DNA of 64,000 bases, taken from the NCBI GenBank assembly GCA_002633005.1, contig NMRA01000381.1:370407-434406 (forward strand). The letters run 5' to 3'. Positions 11,788 through 25,368 of the stretch are shown piece after piece. This DNA comes from Phoronis australis. Lineage: Eukaryota; Animalia; Phoronida. Made by a program: the position numbers and the translations under genes. The stretch's first letter is position 1. Each line of letters begins with the position of its first letter. The notes below the pieces were generated by a model. That model saw nothing but the letters and a program-made list of their open reading frames with translations, was not told the origin of the DNA and did not search any database.

Positions 11788-12152
11788 CACGGGTGAGAAA
11801 CAACATGACCGCCGGTCCTCTTAAATCGGACCGCCTCACCCAAAACAGGACCTCCGGGGATCAAATGGGACCGTCGCACCAGAAAATGGGACTGACGCAC
11901 CTAAAAACATGACCGCCCCACCAGAAAACAGGACCGCCGGGGACTGAACATGACCGCCGGGGATTGAAACCGCATATTGTCCGGCGGTCATGTTCAGTCC
12001 CCGGCGGTCCTGTTTTCTGGTGGGGCGGTCATGTTTTTAGGTGCGTCAGTCCCATTTTCTGGTGCGACGGTCCCATTTGATCCCCGGAGGTCCTGTTTTG
12101 GGTGAGTCAGTCAGATTTAGAGGACCGGCGGTCATGTTGTTTCTCACCCGTG
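11788..12152. mobile_element. 365-bp foldback MITE with CAC...GTG ends and 5-bp TSD (Transib-like)
   Basis: Near-perfect ~172-bp inverted arms around a 20-bp spacer. Termini CACGGGTGAGAAA. TTAAT on both sides. Internal ~20-bp GACCGCC subrepeats. Confidence 0.85.
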
Positions 12153-13418
12153 TTAATATGGAGGACAAAAACCCGGATCTTCATATGGAGGACAATCAGA
12201 AAGCTCTTGAATGGTAGTTACATTAGCTGAGAACGTGAATTTTGACGAACTGACACATCCCAATAGGTTGGTTGTACTTAGGCCTACAATGCAATTATTT
12301 TAAATGAAATAAAATAATTTAAAAGATAAGCAATATATATAATCACAGACCTTTATTTTTAAAACATACATACAAATACATGTACAGTGGCGGATCTACA
12401 TTTTCAGTAAGGGAGGGTTAGGATTCCCGCAAAGGTCGATTCCTAGGCCGTGGCGACGAGCGGGGGGAGGTTCCCCCTCCCGTGTAAGACATTTTTTGTT
12501 TTTGTAGCCAAATAGTGAAATTTCCATGCATCCTGGTAAGTTTCTGGCACTTAACATGTCTCTGGAGTTTTTCTTAAGATAATTAAAAACCCTTCTCGAT
12601 TTCGTCACATGAACTTGGCTCATAAGTTTCGTGAAACCATATTGTGCACATCTGGGTATGATTCACGCCACCAGCAAAATTTTTTGTTGGAACATCTGCT
12701 TACACACACCTTTTTCAGCATACGAAAAGTCGTATACGAAAAGGTGTCGTGTGTATGCAGGGGTTTAGACAACTTCCAAATATTCAAGAGCATAAGGAGC
12801 ACCGACGGGGCGTAAAAACTTGAATATCAGATGATGGCGTAACAGCAGACCTACACTGTTAGTCCGGAAATAAACATGTGTTCTGTCTCGTTATGAGAAA
12901 AACTGGCGAACGATGGTGCTCTCAGTTCATAGTCTATTATTAAAAGCGACAATAAATAATTAAGTGTCACTTTATTAAGCTGAATCACGTTGACAAGATT
13001 TGAAAAACGTCAATTGTTTCAGGAAACAAATCATCAGTTTCACGAAACCAAAACATCCTGTGCACAGTGGTGAAAAGATATACTGGACTAGTTTGCAGAG
13101 GGACCAGATGTACACTGAGAGTACACAAAAAGGTTGACCTGGTCCGTCTAGCGAGTACACCTGTGGTTATTATCCCTATAAAAATAGTCGAACTGTCGCG
13201 GGACCAAAGAGCATACTGGCTGAGATAAATAGTTTTACAAAGCACACTTTGGTAAAAAAATCACAAGACTAGTTCGCCGAGGGACCAGAAGTACACTGAA
13301 ACTCAACATCTACACAAATCAAGCTGGCCTGGTCCGTCGCGAGACCTAAAGTGTACTATGCAAAAAAATTTTAAGTTGAAAACTTCTCGCTAGACACTTT
13401 TTAATCCCCAGTGGTTAC

Positions 13419-13960
13419 TCATACGTTAGTCCTATCCTTCTGTTGTCTAGACTGCCGAGGAATCTGTATATCGGATCCAATGATTTGCTCGTCTTGGAAC
13501 CATTCTACCCAGATATCTTCGATGTTTGTTCCCAACGCTTGCACTTCGACAACTGCTGTGTCAATGAGCTTGTAAGCCTCTACAATGTCAGCATCTCGTT
13601 TCGCAGCTCAGTTGGCACTAAGGTCCTTGAGGTTGCCAAGTCCATTCAAAAGACTTACATGCGCAACTAAATTTGATCCGTTCATCATGGACTACTTCAA
13701 ACCTTGACGATGTATCCAAGACCTATTTGCATCTCTTGCAATTTTCGAAATAAACGTCCCAATGTCTGAACGCTTGAAACCCGAAGTACTAACATCAAAT
13801 AAATGCCCATGGGCATGAGCGTTTCATCGGGTGGGCCTTTCTGCGAAAATTCCCAGTATAGAAGACGGCAGTGTGCTTATTGCAGGTAGAAAGACGGTAG
13901 GTGTTGAGGTCGGAACAAGGGCTCCTTAGGAGGCCTATTGAACATCGCACGAGTCCTGCA
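13419..13960 (-). pseudogene. hAT transposase fragment (P52rIPK/THAP12-like), degenerate
   Basis: The minus frame reads LVAHVSLLNGLGNLKDLSAN*AAKRDADIVEAYKLIDTAVVEVQAL..NIEDIWVEWF...IPRQSRQQKDRTNV. Upstream LVPTSTPTVFLP resembles the THAP AVPTIF end. Confidence 0.6.
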
Positions 13961-14874
13961 AGACTTTGTTGTGAAAGAGCAGCCTTCCCGCAATTTCTGG
14001 TACTGTACACTGTTTGCGAATGCGGTCAGTTTGTCAATTTGAGTCCCCCCTTGGTCATTCCTTGTATAGACATAACTTGTTAGAGTGTACCTTCAAACGG
14101 ACTCGCGACCAGACCACGGCGCCCGCCACAAAAGCAATTTTTCGGAAAAAAGATTTTTTTTCAAAAATATTACATGTACATGTACGCTGTATGATATTGT
14201 GCAAGATAACTTTACTATACATCAGTTACAAACGTGTGGAGTGTAATAGAATGACACGGCATGACAGATGAGGTAAAAACGTTGCACGTCAGTTCGCCTG
14301 AATATCAGGGTTGCGGCACCACAGTATTTCCCCAAATCAAATCAAAACATATCTTAGAGTAAAGAAGCTAGTCACCTAAAGAAATCAGCTATAGAACTGC
14401 TCTTTCAGCGGTGGATCCATCTAAAATGCTTGGCTACTTCAGAAATGTCGACGGAAGCGCAAGCACAATTGATCTCCGCGCGTTTTGCCGATGAGCCACG
14501 AAGACTCAGCAATTCGCAATGCAAAAGATTATATTTTCAGAGTGAACCCCCCCTCAATTTTTTCCAAGTTGGTTTACTTGGGGTTTACACACGCTAGCGG
14601 TGCCGTTTTTGTTTTGCTGGAGACGTTTTTTTATTATTGGGTCCTGGCCCAAGGCGGGGGGGAAAAGGAAACAACTTTGCCTGAGAAAATAAACATGGCT
14701 GTACAATAGTCTAGTTAATAAAAATGATACTTAGAATCTTGTAACAAAGTGAGAACTGTTAACAAATACACAACATCTATAAAGGCTGCAAATCAACACA
14801 TATAAATACAACTTCTATCTTACATAATATACAAGTGCTTAGGTTGTAAGCTTCTAGGTTAGCACAATATGATG

Positions 14875-15335
14875 AACAAAATACTTATTATTGGGGTAGA
14901 AACAGACCAGTACCATTGTGATAACAGGAAAAAATATACATACCTTTAATCGCATTTTTTGTGCCAAAATATGAGTACGAACTTTAAAATCAGCGCATAC
15001 GTAAACAACGACAACAACAACAACAAAATACTTATTATTGGAGGTAGAAACAGACCATTACAATTGTGATAATAGAAGAAACATACATACCTTTAATCAC
15101 ATTTGTTTTTGGCCATAAATGAGTACGAACTTTAAAATCGGTGCATATGTAAACGACGGCATATTTATGGACGTTTCGGGTTATTGTCTCCCAAGAAAAA
15201 ATTCACAATATTCCAATCAGGTGACACAGGTGTAGAACAGACTGTACAGGTACACAAGAGATAATAAATCGAAACGTCATTCAATATTTCGCTTACAAAT
15301 GCGCTGATTTTAAAGTTCGTAGGCATACCTTTAAG
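14875..15335. repeat. ~145-bp direct duplication plus a partial inverted copy
   Basis: aacaaaatacttattattgg...tacgaactttaaaatc.g.gcata occurs at 14875 and ~15022. The rc core tgcgctgattttaaagttcgta occurs at ~15300. Confidence 0.75.
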
Positions 15336-16581
15336 CCTGGTATTTAGGTCATGGCAGAAATATAATTTTTCACCCCTGTAGCCTACTTGATTTCATATTC
15401 CAATATAAGATAGTACATAGTTTTTTTTCTGATTTTCTGATATACAACCTATCTTAACGGTTCTTTTGCTTTTTCCAGCCAGTCATAATCAAAATACTAA
15501 TTACAGTCAGTTAACAACTGAATAAATAGTATTAAAAAATATTCTTCACTTAATTTTCCTCGGGAATTTTTTTTACAACGGCGTTTCTGATTGGCTTGTC
15601 GAATTCTCAACAGGCAGCGCTTTACGCAAACAAACTGGCAGGACTGATGGAGAAAGTGTAAATGTGGTCGGCTGTACAGACAAATCGGTGCTTAAAATTT
15701 ATGTTCAGGAAATGTGAAGCCTAGAAAGTGTGATTGTGACTTTTCGGAATGCATCTTTCTACTGTCGATGACTTTTGATTTCGATAGTGTCCTGTATTCA
15801 TACAGTATGAATAACGCATCGGTTAAATTGGTTAGATATGTATGGTCGGCCGTTTATGGAAAAAACATTAAAATGTATATTCAATTCCATTTAATGAACT
15901 CAATGCCAACTGTATGACAATTCAATCCTATCTTGTGTATTCAATGCTATTACATCAATCCAATCCACATTCGTCGATTCTATATCGTGAACTCAATGCT
16001 GTTTTGTATATTCTATCCTGTTTACTGAATTCAATGTTGTTTAGTCATTCTCTTTCGTCTATCTAAGTTGCCTTATGAAGACGAATCACAACTTACCTTT
16101 TGTAAATTCTTACGCTCTGCTCGTCCACAAGGCGGTAAATTTTTATATTAATAAAAACTTTATTTTCTGGCCTAAAAGAAAATTCAAAGTTGTAAATTGC
16201 TTAGTTTTTCGCGAGAAATTTAGTGAAGCAGGTACATTTTTAAATAAATTTTAGTTTTTTTGCCAACAGTCGACAGGCACGTAGTTTTATGGCATAATAT
16301 GTGGTGTCATTAAAGGATAACGGTACTTGACCAAGCAGCCCAAGCAGCTGGACTGAATTCTATGGTCTATTGTGTTCGCATTAGCTAACTCCAACCGTCG
16401 GACGATGGTCGTGCGACGGCCAATTTTTAGCTGGGCAGGGTCCGTCATGTGCACATGTATGCCGTACTTTTTATTTGTTCTCTTTGAATATATTTGGTAA
16501 TTGACCTAACTCTCAGCAGATTCTAAGTATTTTTTATAAACCTGACAAGTCATTGAAATGTAATGTACGTATCCCTGTTTA

Positions 16582-17744
16582 TGTTGAATAGAATCGCTCC
16601 CATGACCAGACACTATTGATCATTACGGATTCGTCATATCTTTGCTGAGCACTGATGCGCGATACTCAAGCGTTTTGACATGTACGAGTGCAAGCCTGCA
16701 CCGATACCCGCCTGTAGACACTGGTGCGATACTTGCCAAATCATCAAACGAGGAACACGCTCAGTTTCTCAAACTATTAGGATTTCCCTACCGTCAAGCC
16801 GTGGGAAGTCTAGGTTATCTCGCGAATGCCACACGCCCGTACATTTCTTGGCCATTGTCAAAATTGTCACAGTTCCTCGCCAAAACTGGACCGGCACACG
16901 TGACCGTTATAAAGCGCGTATTGCGATACCTGAAAGGGACCAAAACGTTCGCGCTTACTTTCAGAACAACGGATAGTCTGTTAACAGGATCTCCGACTCG
17001 GACTGGGCAGGAGACTATGGTGGGCCGTTGAGGGGAAAGTGTCGCCGTAAAATTACGCCCATGATAGGAGACGCCGCCGACCGTCGATCTACTTCCGGTT
17101 TTATCTTCCCGCTCGGAAGCGCGCCAATCTCCTGGAAAACTCGGAAACAGCCGACACTCGCTTTATCATCGTGCGAAGCCGAGTACATGGCACTCACTGA
17201 AGCCACGAAGGAACTGATGTTTTTGCGATGTTTGTGTTCTGCTTTCGGAATCCCTCAACCGGACACTACGGTTATTCACTGTGATAATCCTGGTACAACG
17301 TTTATCAGAATGCTGGCAATTATTTTTTTAATATAAAAACGCAATGTGACCATACACAACATGCAATGAAACAAAACATGGACTAACGCCCTCAGCAAGG
17401 AGTCATCGAAACAGCATCAAAGCACAAAACACATTGACAGTGACGTGCGTTACCACTTCATACCGAGCAACTATTGTGTGGAGTTTCAGTATGTGAACAC
17501 CAAAGACAATTTGGCTGATAAATTAAAGTTTTACGAAACCGCTCTCGAAAGATGGACATTTAAGAGCCGTAGTCGCGATTAAGGGGAGTGTTGATTAAAA
17601 TCGCTCCCATGACCAGATACCACGGACTCATAGTATCACTGCTGAGCATGCGCAGTGTCTTTTCTCTTTCCTCCACGTTTCATAGTGTAGACGTACGTGT
17701 ATTTTATAGCTCGCAATAAATCAGTTATGGATCACAAATCAACA
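16582..17744 (+). mobile_element. Internally deleted Ty1/Copia LTR retrotransposon
   Basis: TGTTG...CAACA ends and GTTTA TSD (16577-16581, 17745-17749). PPT AAGGGGAG precedes a 156-bp 3' LTR (17589-17744). RT/RNase H motifs PYRQAVGSL, RVLRYLKGT, RRSTSG, ISWKTRKQ and SSCEAEYMAL. Confidence 0.93.
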
Positions 17745-19133
17745 GTTTAGTGTACGTACCTTTAAACTCTGTACGTGCTATAAAGTATTGCGCGCAAGTA
17801 TTTTTCAACTGCTGCTCTCATGACACTGACGGTGTTGTCATCGAAGTAATTGCAAGGTAGCGCTGCACGCTAAGATTTTTATTGTTATAGTTTGGGAACA
17901 TTTACAAGTGCTAATTGACATAAAACTTATTTTTAATTCGATTGGTGGATTATTCGAGCAAAATATAAGTAACTGTTAGCGACCACATTACCCTTAAGTT
18001 GTTGCTCGCTGGTTCCCTGCAGGCTTAGCCCCGGCCAGCACGCAGGTATCACGCAGTGGCACGCGCTTAAGCATTGGTCTATGTAACCTCGGCAGTCATT
18101 GGTTAGCTTTACAACACCGTGAAAAAATGGCGGACTGTGAACGATTTTTAGCCTTCTCATGCAAGTGGCGTCGCGCAGCAACTATTTCGTTTCGTTTTAA
18201 AACCGCGTGATTGAAACACATACATGTACAATAAACACATATCTGGCCGATTATACCGGTGTGTTATTCACATAAAAGTGATACCTGCGTGCTGGCGCGG
18301 CTACCGCCCCACCTAGCGGTTAATGACCCATAATACCGCGCATGCGCAAAAGAGTACTTTATGGTAATAAATTTCACGGGTGAGAAATTTGAAGTGCCAT
18401 TTCAATTCTAAACCTTTCAAGTGTTTAGCTTGGAGTCGGAGTCCAACTGAAGCCATTGGGAGGCATTTTCCGTGGAGGTAAGCTGTATTTACGAACTTCT
18501 TTCCTTTTGTTATACTATTTGTGTAAAGAGTGAGACACGTTTTACCAAATTGCGTGTTTAATTAATAGTCCAAGAGCGCCATTTCTCCGCCGGGGGGACA
18601 TCGGACTATATGGGTCGACAGTTCCTCTATCAGTGTTAGGCCTATTGGAAGTGTGAATCTGTATCTCATAAACATTACTACAGCAAATGAAACCCGAGTT
18701 CCAATATAGCATGATGAATGTAAATGGGCTCTCACCGGGAAATGTCTTCACGAATGGGTGTGGTCCTGTTGGCCAATTTACTGAACTGACCCTCTGACGA
18801 CGGTAATTTTCTGAACACCCCAATCTTGTGTGTCCTAACTTGAGGCCCTCAATTTTTTAACGTCGAGCGTCAGTGTTTTGGGGAGCTGCGTTGACGTCGA
18901 GCTCCGCTTATTCAGGAGTTAAGTTGGATGGTAAAGAAAAAACAGTGATCCATCGTTGATTTGATTGCTGTCTCTGGTTTATTTAGAGTGGGATTGACTA
19001 ATTATTTCGGTTAAAGTCATTCCCTCACAAAAAACAACGCTAGAGTGCAGCATGAAAACGACGTATTGATATCAATCAAATATCATTATCTAGAATTTTT
19101 GTCCAAACTTAAGTATAATTAAACACCGTGTAA

Positions 19134-19202
19134 AGTAGTAATGTGGTTTATCAGGTGAACTGTAACGATTGCCACGAGTTTTACGTGGGCATGACCAGTG
19201 AC
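19134..19202 (+). mobile_element. Penelope-type GIY-YIG endonuclease fragment
   Basis: Translates to SSNVVYQVNCNDCHEFYVGMTS. Confidence 0.7.
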
Positions 19203-19291
19203 CACTCGAACTTTACCGAGAGAACTACTTCATTCACAGCAATATATGACTACGCTACACAGTAATACGATACTACAACATCCCCCTCTTT
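19203..19291 (-). mobile_element. Possible LTR start with polypurine tract
   Basis: The minus strand reads AAAGAGGGGGA-TGTTGTAGT (PPT followed by TG). No second LTR is visible. Confidence 0.35.
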
Positions 19292-19731
19292 AGTAAATAC
19301 GGTTATAATACGGTTATATCGTAATGGTGATAACAATCGAGGGTTTTTCTTTGAAGGCTGTGATGAAGCTACACAACAACAATTAACACCATACCTACGT
19401 AATAACGTGTTCACCAATGATGCCTAGTTTTCGCTGTCTGGTTGAGACAACTCACAAAGCTCTGCAGAATCTCGATCTGGGTGGCTAATAAAATTAACTG
19501 GAACCAATATTTGACACATCAAATACTGGAAACCTATCTCCACGAAATTCGCTTGTTTAGCATGACGTCATTTTGACGTTTTGGACCCAGTCGGATAAAA
19601 TGCATTTCCTTGTACATATTAGTTTAAAGTTATCTATTGTTGAGTAGAGACAACATTCTTCAGACATCTATTTACTTCTTCATGGAATATATCTTAGTTC
19701 ATATCATTTGTTTGCATTTCATTTCCTTGTT

Positions 19732-19998
19732 CATGGACGCACCCGGGTAGGGGCTCGGGGGTCTCGAACGACCCCCCAATTTGGCGAATTGGGCAAAAAG
19801 GTCCACCTCAGTGAAACAAAAAGTTCGAGTAAACGAGACAAAAGCCCACAAAGTCCACAGGAAGTCGACGTGGATGCACGATTGGCAGCCCTTAACCTAG
19901 TGGCCCCGTTTTTTTAGTCCTCGTTGATTTTTTTCAGTAAAAGGTCCGCATGTTGAAGAATTCGAGCCCCACTATATTTTAGTCCGGGTAAGCGCATG
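19732..19998. mobile_element. CATG-ended GC-rich MITE
   Basis: CATGGACGCACCCGG ... CCGGGTAAGCGCATG, with flanks TTGTT/TGGTT (5 bp, 1 mismatch). Confidence 0.55.
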
Positions 19999-20299
19999 TG
20001 GTTTTCTGTAGATTTCAGTTGACTTGATAGACCCTCTATTATATTAGATGCATATTGACTTAGTGACGCTGATAACCTATTGTATTTTCATACCTGTTGC
20101 AATTTAACTCTATATCCTACCCAGATGCCCCTATTGTTAAGTCTTGACTTGCATTTACAAACATTCCAGCCCAAGCTTCTTCCCCATTCGTTAGTTTTGT
20201 ATTTGGCGCACATTCTGATTGGTCGAATAGGTTCACTTGCAAATAATATGTAATATCTTTATACTATCACACCAGAAGCTATTGGTACATCATGTCGAA

Positions 20300-20470
20300 C
20301 ACATGTGTTTTTCTCTAAGAACCACCACGGGTTTTCTCCATGCACAATAAAACCCACACATTCTGCCAGATCGTCAACGTAGTGGAGTACATTAACGTCC
20401 TTGATATTTTCATTTACAAAAATACCTCCATTGCCACTGATCATCTTCAACATAATCAGTTAATTCAGCT
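20300..20470 (-). mobile_element. LINE RT fragment (YxDD region)
   Basis: GGIFVNENIKDVNVLHYVDDLAE. Confidence 0.6.
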
Positions 20471-23158
20471 ACACGCATTGAGGGTCAGCCCTCTCAGCGA
20501 GCGACCGCTTCGCTATCCCAGTTGCCCGCTGTCGCTCATGACAAAGCCGTCCTAACAATAGCCCTATATAGTGAGCCAGCCAACCACACAAATCGCTTGT
20601 GCAGTATTACGTAAGCATTAACTAGGCCTTGAGCAGACACCAGAATAGAAGTTTCAGATATTGTAACCCAAGGCGGTTGAAACCCGGTCTCCGAAACGGG
20701 TGAAATCGGAAGCTAAGATTCATAAAATTTACGCTCTGTGACGTATATGTAATCTATGAAAGACTTTCAACAAAACTGTGTTGCATTGCTATCAAACTTT
20801 GCAGCTAAATTACGACCATTTTACAGAAAATTGTGCTGAAATTCCAGGGCGAAAACTCGCCGACTGACTGCCTCGAAATCGCCGTCTTCGATATGGCGAT
20901 TTCAATGATTGAATAAAAATGGTTTTGACTCAAGCAAATTACCTAAAATCCTCATTAAGTTTTATAAGTAGCATCTCTAAGATTTTTTAAGTTCCCGTGG
21001 AGTCTGGATTAACGGCAGGTTTAAATACAAATCTGTGCATCTACATGTATGATCGGCAACACGGCGAGAAAAATGTCTGGACGAACAAACATGTTGTCAC
21101 GTGACGTTTGTTTTGAAGTTCGTCTGCGAATAAGCGAGCGCGTGCGTGTCACCAGAGTTCATTTGCCAAAGCAGAGACCGTCTTTTGGCCAGAGGCACGC
21201 ACTCTAACTAGCTAGATGTGTCTAAAGAAATTTGCACAGGCAGTAGGCCTAAACCAGAGCGTGTTTCATTCAGCACTTGCCGGTCTCGTGCTAAAAACTT
21301 TCGACATGTGTCTCGGTAAGGCCCATATTAGTCGCCGTGTAGCTGGATGCGTACGTAACTATCTGACAGTTATTTTTCGGTGTAAGGGTGTGTAAGCATT
21401 CACTGTCAGTTGTCACTTTATCGGATGTTCGGCTTAAAAACACCAATTATGGTTAATCAAACAATACATCTCAAAAATAACGCAAACATGTTTTATAGTA
21501 TTAGAAATTGTCGGAAATTAGTGCCAATATTCATTTCTTATCGATGCTATGCTACCCGTTTCATGAATGGAAAATTCCCGACTAAGGTCTTTGATGACAG
21601 GTTCATGTATGTAGCGCGCGCGCTTCCTGGCCACGTGCGTTTAACACCGAGTTATTTTTATTCATGAGACAGTCGATGTGTCTACCGAAAGGTCAGACCA
21701 TAGAGTGGGACACGGTCGTCGCGAGAGAGTAGCAACGCTGTTGCGTTCTTTTTGAAGCGCTGCGTTACTTTGAAGTGTAAAGTCACGGCTAAATACAAAC
21801 GTAGCAGTGCCGCTGGTGGTCTAGAAGACCCGTGCAAAACTTTTTTGATAAATTGAAGACGTTACTGTAGCCGAGTTTTAGGACTGTAGGTACGTCATTG
21901 TTCCCGTGTACACGTTCATGGACTGGGCGCTTATTTCAGCAAAGTCTGAAAACGCGTGGGGGGCGCTTATATAGGGGCATGGGCGGTTATTACGGCGAAT
22001 ACGGTACATACAGTCGTTGAACGGCGAAAATTGATGCCCAACTTGCCGAGAAACAAACCTTGTCGTCACTCAGACTAAACGAAAAGTCCGAGAAAATGAG
22101 ACAGAAGTCCACTAAAAAAGATGCATACGCACAGTTCTGATAGGTGGTACCCCGTTCTTTTAGTTCTCTCGATTTTTTTGTCCACATGGACAGAAATTCG
22201 AGCCCCCCCATTTTCAAGGCTGGGCGCGCGCATGCTCGCGATTGATTAGTCTTCTAATGGGATCAGAGAATTGTACTATCTCAGTGCACAAATGTCCTAC
22301 GTATTTTAAATCAAGAGTAGCGTGAATTTGACACCAGTTACTTATTTCTGGGGAGTTTTGAGACTGCTCAGACGATGCATCATGTGGCGTACGAACTTGG
22401 AATTTTAAAAACACTATCAGAATAGGTGGCCTTTGAATAGTAAAAAACTTATGACTTTAAAAATACTGTTCTGTTTTGGCCCTAGCTATGATTATGGTAT
22501 TCGTGAAACATCCTTTTACAACGAACATTTCAAATGTTTAAACTTCCAACAGCCATCATCTCTTACTCGGGATAAGCGCGCTTCATGCTATCAGAGGGAA
22601 ATGAAGTGTAATATTTATACTTGGGCCGAAGTTCTTCGAAAACACTGCCAACTGAAATGGACATAGATATCTAAGCTTGGCCAGCTAAAGGCTGAAAGTA
22701 GTGCTTTCCCTTGTAGTGTAGCTTGGTCTTTAGTAACAGGCAGAGGGATGCCTATTGTTACCCATGCCTACAGTTTAAACATCTCCACAATAGCCCTTTA
22801 TTATGAAAGTCAATGCAGGCACAATAGGGTAAGGTATACAAAATCAGATAAGAGATAATGATCCCCTATAGCAGTTCTGAACAGGCTGACCGATATGAAT
22901 ACAATTTAACGCATAGGCGGATTTAAGGCCCGCCCTCCCTTTGCGGCCGCAAAAAACATCAGCAAAGGGGTCTTTGCCGCGCAAGTCACAAATAGCGACC
23001 TGGCCTACGTAGAGCCATCGATGACTGCTTAAAACTTCCGAAATCGTGGTAAATGCTTTTTTTCAGTCATAAACAAAATTTTCCCCTAAGCGGAAATGGG
23101 AAAACCCCTCTAGATCTTCGCCCATTCGGTGCTACGCGCCTCTACCTATTTTCTGTTG

Positions 23159-23395
23159 TCAGTACCAGAATATATTATGGGGAATGAGATCAAACGGCCA
23201 CGAAAAATTGACGTAGCAACGTAGGAAACGTCCTCTAGATTTACTAATGTATTTCAGACTATACTTTGTGGAGGAAATACGTGATCTGTTGTGGAATACC
23301 CCTTTCTGAAACCCGCTTGTTCTTCGATCCTGTGCCAATTCGTGATCTGGAGCCCAAGTTATAAAATGATTAAGATTTTGTTGTAAAAACTTCAC
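23159..23395 (-). mobile_element. LINE RT N-terminal fragment (RTEX-like)
   Basis: SGFQKG... and KYISKSRGRFLRCYVNFSWPFDLIPHNIFWY, a degenerate form of GFR.G / VDF.KAFD.I.H..LW. Confidence 0.65.
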
Positions 23396-23803
23396 GAGCT
23401 ACAGCGAGTAGCGATATGCCACCGTAGTTGTTTCCGTCATCCGTGGGCCTTGCTTGAGTAGCGGATATATAATTGCAGCACATCAAGTTTGTAGTTATGC
23501 ATCTTCTTGCATAATTTTGTTAAAATATTTTTATTCTGTGTTGTGAGTTGCAAAACAAAGATTTCAGCAGTGCACTCGGAAAGCTTCATTTGTAAATAGT
23601 CGAATATTGCACTAAGGCGTAATGAATTGTTTGTAAACCGATGATTCGGGTGTGACCGCGTAACATCATGTAGAAAGAAAGAGACAACAAAGATTACAGG
23701 GATTTTCTCATGACAAAGCAGGGGCGAAATGTGAAAAAACATATTCGATAATTCCCGCAAAGCCGAGTGCCAAATTTGGCGGCGACAGGCCCGAATAAGT
23801 GTA

Positions 23804-25368
23804 TCAGGTGTCCCAAAAAGTAGGCCACTTTTTGACAAGTAATTTTTCAGCAATTGATCAACCAAATTCGTTCAAATTTTTCACAATGTATGTTCAGGGT
23901 ATCGTTAGTACGTCTATAAAGTGTCTCAGAGAAATATAAAGAATTATGGAAGTACTGTGAAATTCAAAACAGCGGGGTGAAAAATGCAATATCACTGTGT
24001 CTTTCATCGTGTTCATGCTGGGGTGGCTTCTGTCAGTCAATAAAATTGCCTGCCTGGGTGTCAAGTCTGCTGTTTTTTATTGCTCATATCGGTTCTGTCC
24101 AATCTGTTTGAAAGCATGACTTTAAATGAAAGCGATTAATTTACAATTAAAACCTATTTCAAGGAGAAAGAGTGGAGCGGGAGAAGAATCGTACGGGAGT
24201 TACCAGGGAAAGGGTGGAGTCGTGCGACTGTAAACAGACTTATGCTAAAATACGGAACACAGGGTCTGTTGCGTGTAAAAGTGGCAGTGGGAGACCCAGG
24301 ACTGCATGTTTGAAAAAAAACGAGGTTAGTGTTGAGGAACTGATTCAATACCAGGAGGACAACCCGGGGAATCACATTTTTATCTCTGAGACAAGTCGCA
24401 AAGGATTTACAAGTGACCAAGATAGTCTTCTGTACAAAGAATGCCGAAAAACAGGAGTTAAGACCCTTCAAAAGAATGTGGGTAACACGGAGAGATCAAA
24501 ATATTAGAAGGAAAAGAAAAACTCGATGCCGCTACTTGCATGAACGCTATTCAACCACTGATGTGAACAGTATCAGTTTCACTGATGAAAAAGACTTTAC
24601 GCTAGAGATCGCTAAAACTATCGTGTTTATGGGAAACAAAAACGAGAAATTTAGCCTTCTCGACTCTATCATGAGACTTCCAGATTTTCAAAAAAGTAAT
24701 AGTTTCCGCTGGAGTATCATATGACCGAAAAACAAATATTCATTTTATTGACACTGATGGAGCCAAAGTTCACAGTCAACGCTACATGCAGTTATTGGAT
24801 GAAAATCTTCTCACGGATCGCAGGCAACTTTATCCTGGAAACAGTTACGTGTTTCAGCAAAATGGGGCTCCTTCACACACGAACAAGATAACCCAGGCTC
24901 ATCTGGGGGAGGCCACACCAAAATTCAACAAAAAAGTATGAGTAGCCTCCGCTCAGCTGGACTGCAATCCAATGGACAATGCTATATGGGACTCTCTGAA
25001 GGAGAAACGGGGAATGAGAAGCAAATTGACTGAGCAGGAGTTAAAAGACAGGATAATTAAGTCATGGGAGGAAATCTCGATATGGAAGAAATGTGGAAAA
25101 GCATTTCTGGTAGAAAGAAATGGCTCCGTTTAGTCGTGGAGGAAGATGGAGGCCACATTGAGCAAATAAGGGAGCTTTCCTTTGATATTTTATTTTTTGA
25201 AATGTTTTTAATTTGACGGTACTCGCACAATTGCACACAGATCTCTTTGATATTTTGTACATTTGTTGATGATATCCTAAGGTTTACCTGTAAGAAATTA
25301 AAAAAATCGGTTTATCCGTTGCTGCGAAATTACTAGTCAACAAGAGGCTCACTTTTTGGGACACCTGA
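23804..25368 (+). mobile_element. Tc1/mariner transposon, DD37D (maT)-like, defective
   Basis: TA TSD. Exact terminal IR TCAGGTGTCCCAAAAAGT, extending imperfectly for ~170 bp. Frameshifted transposase from ATG 24116 with GSGRPRT, FTDEKDF, VFQQNGAPSH and DCNPMD; ~37 residues separate the 2nd and 3rd catalytic positions. Confidence 0.9.
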
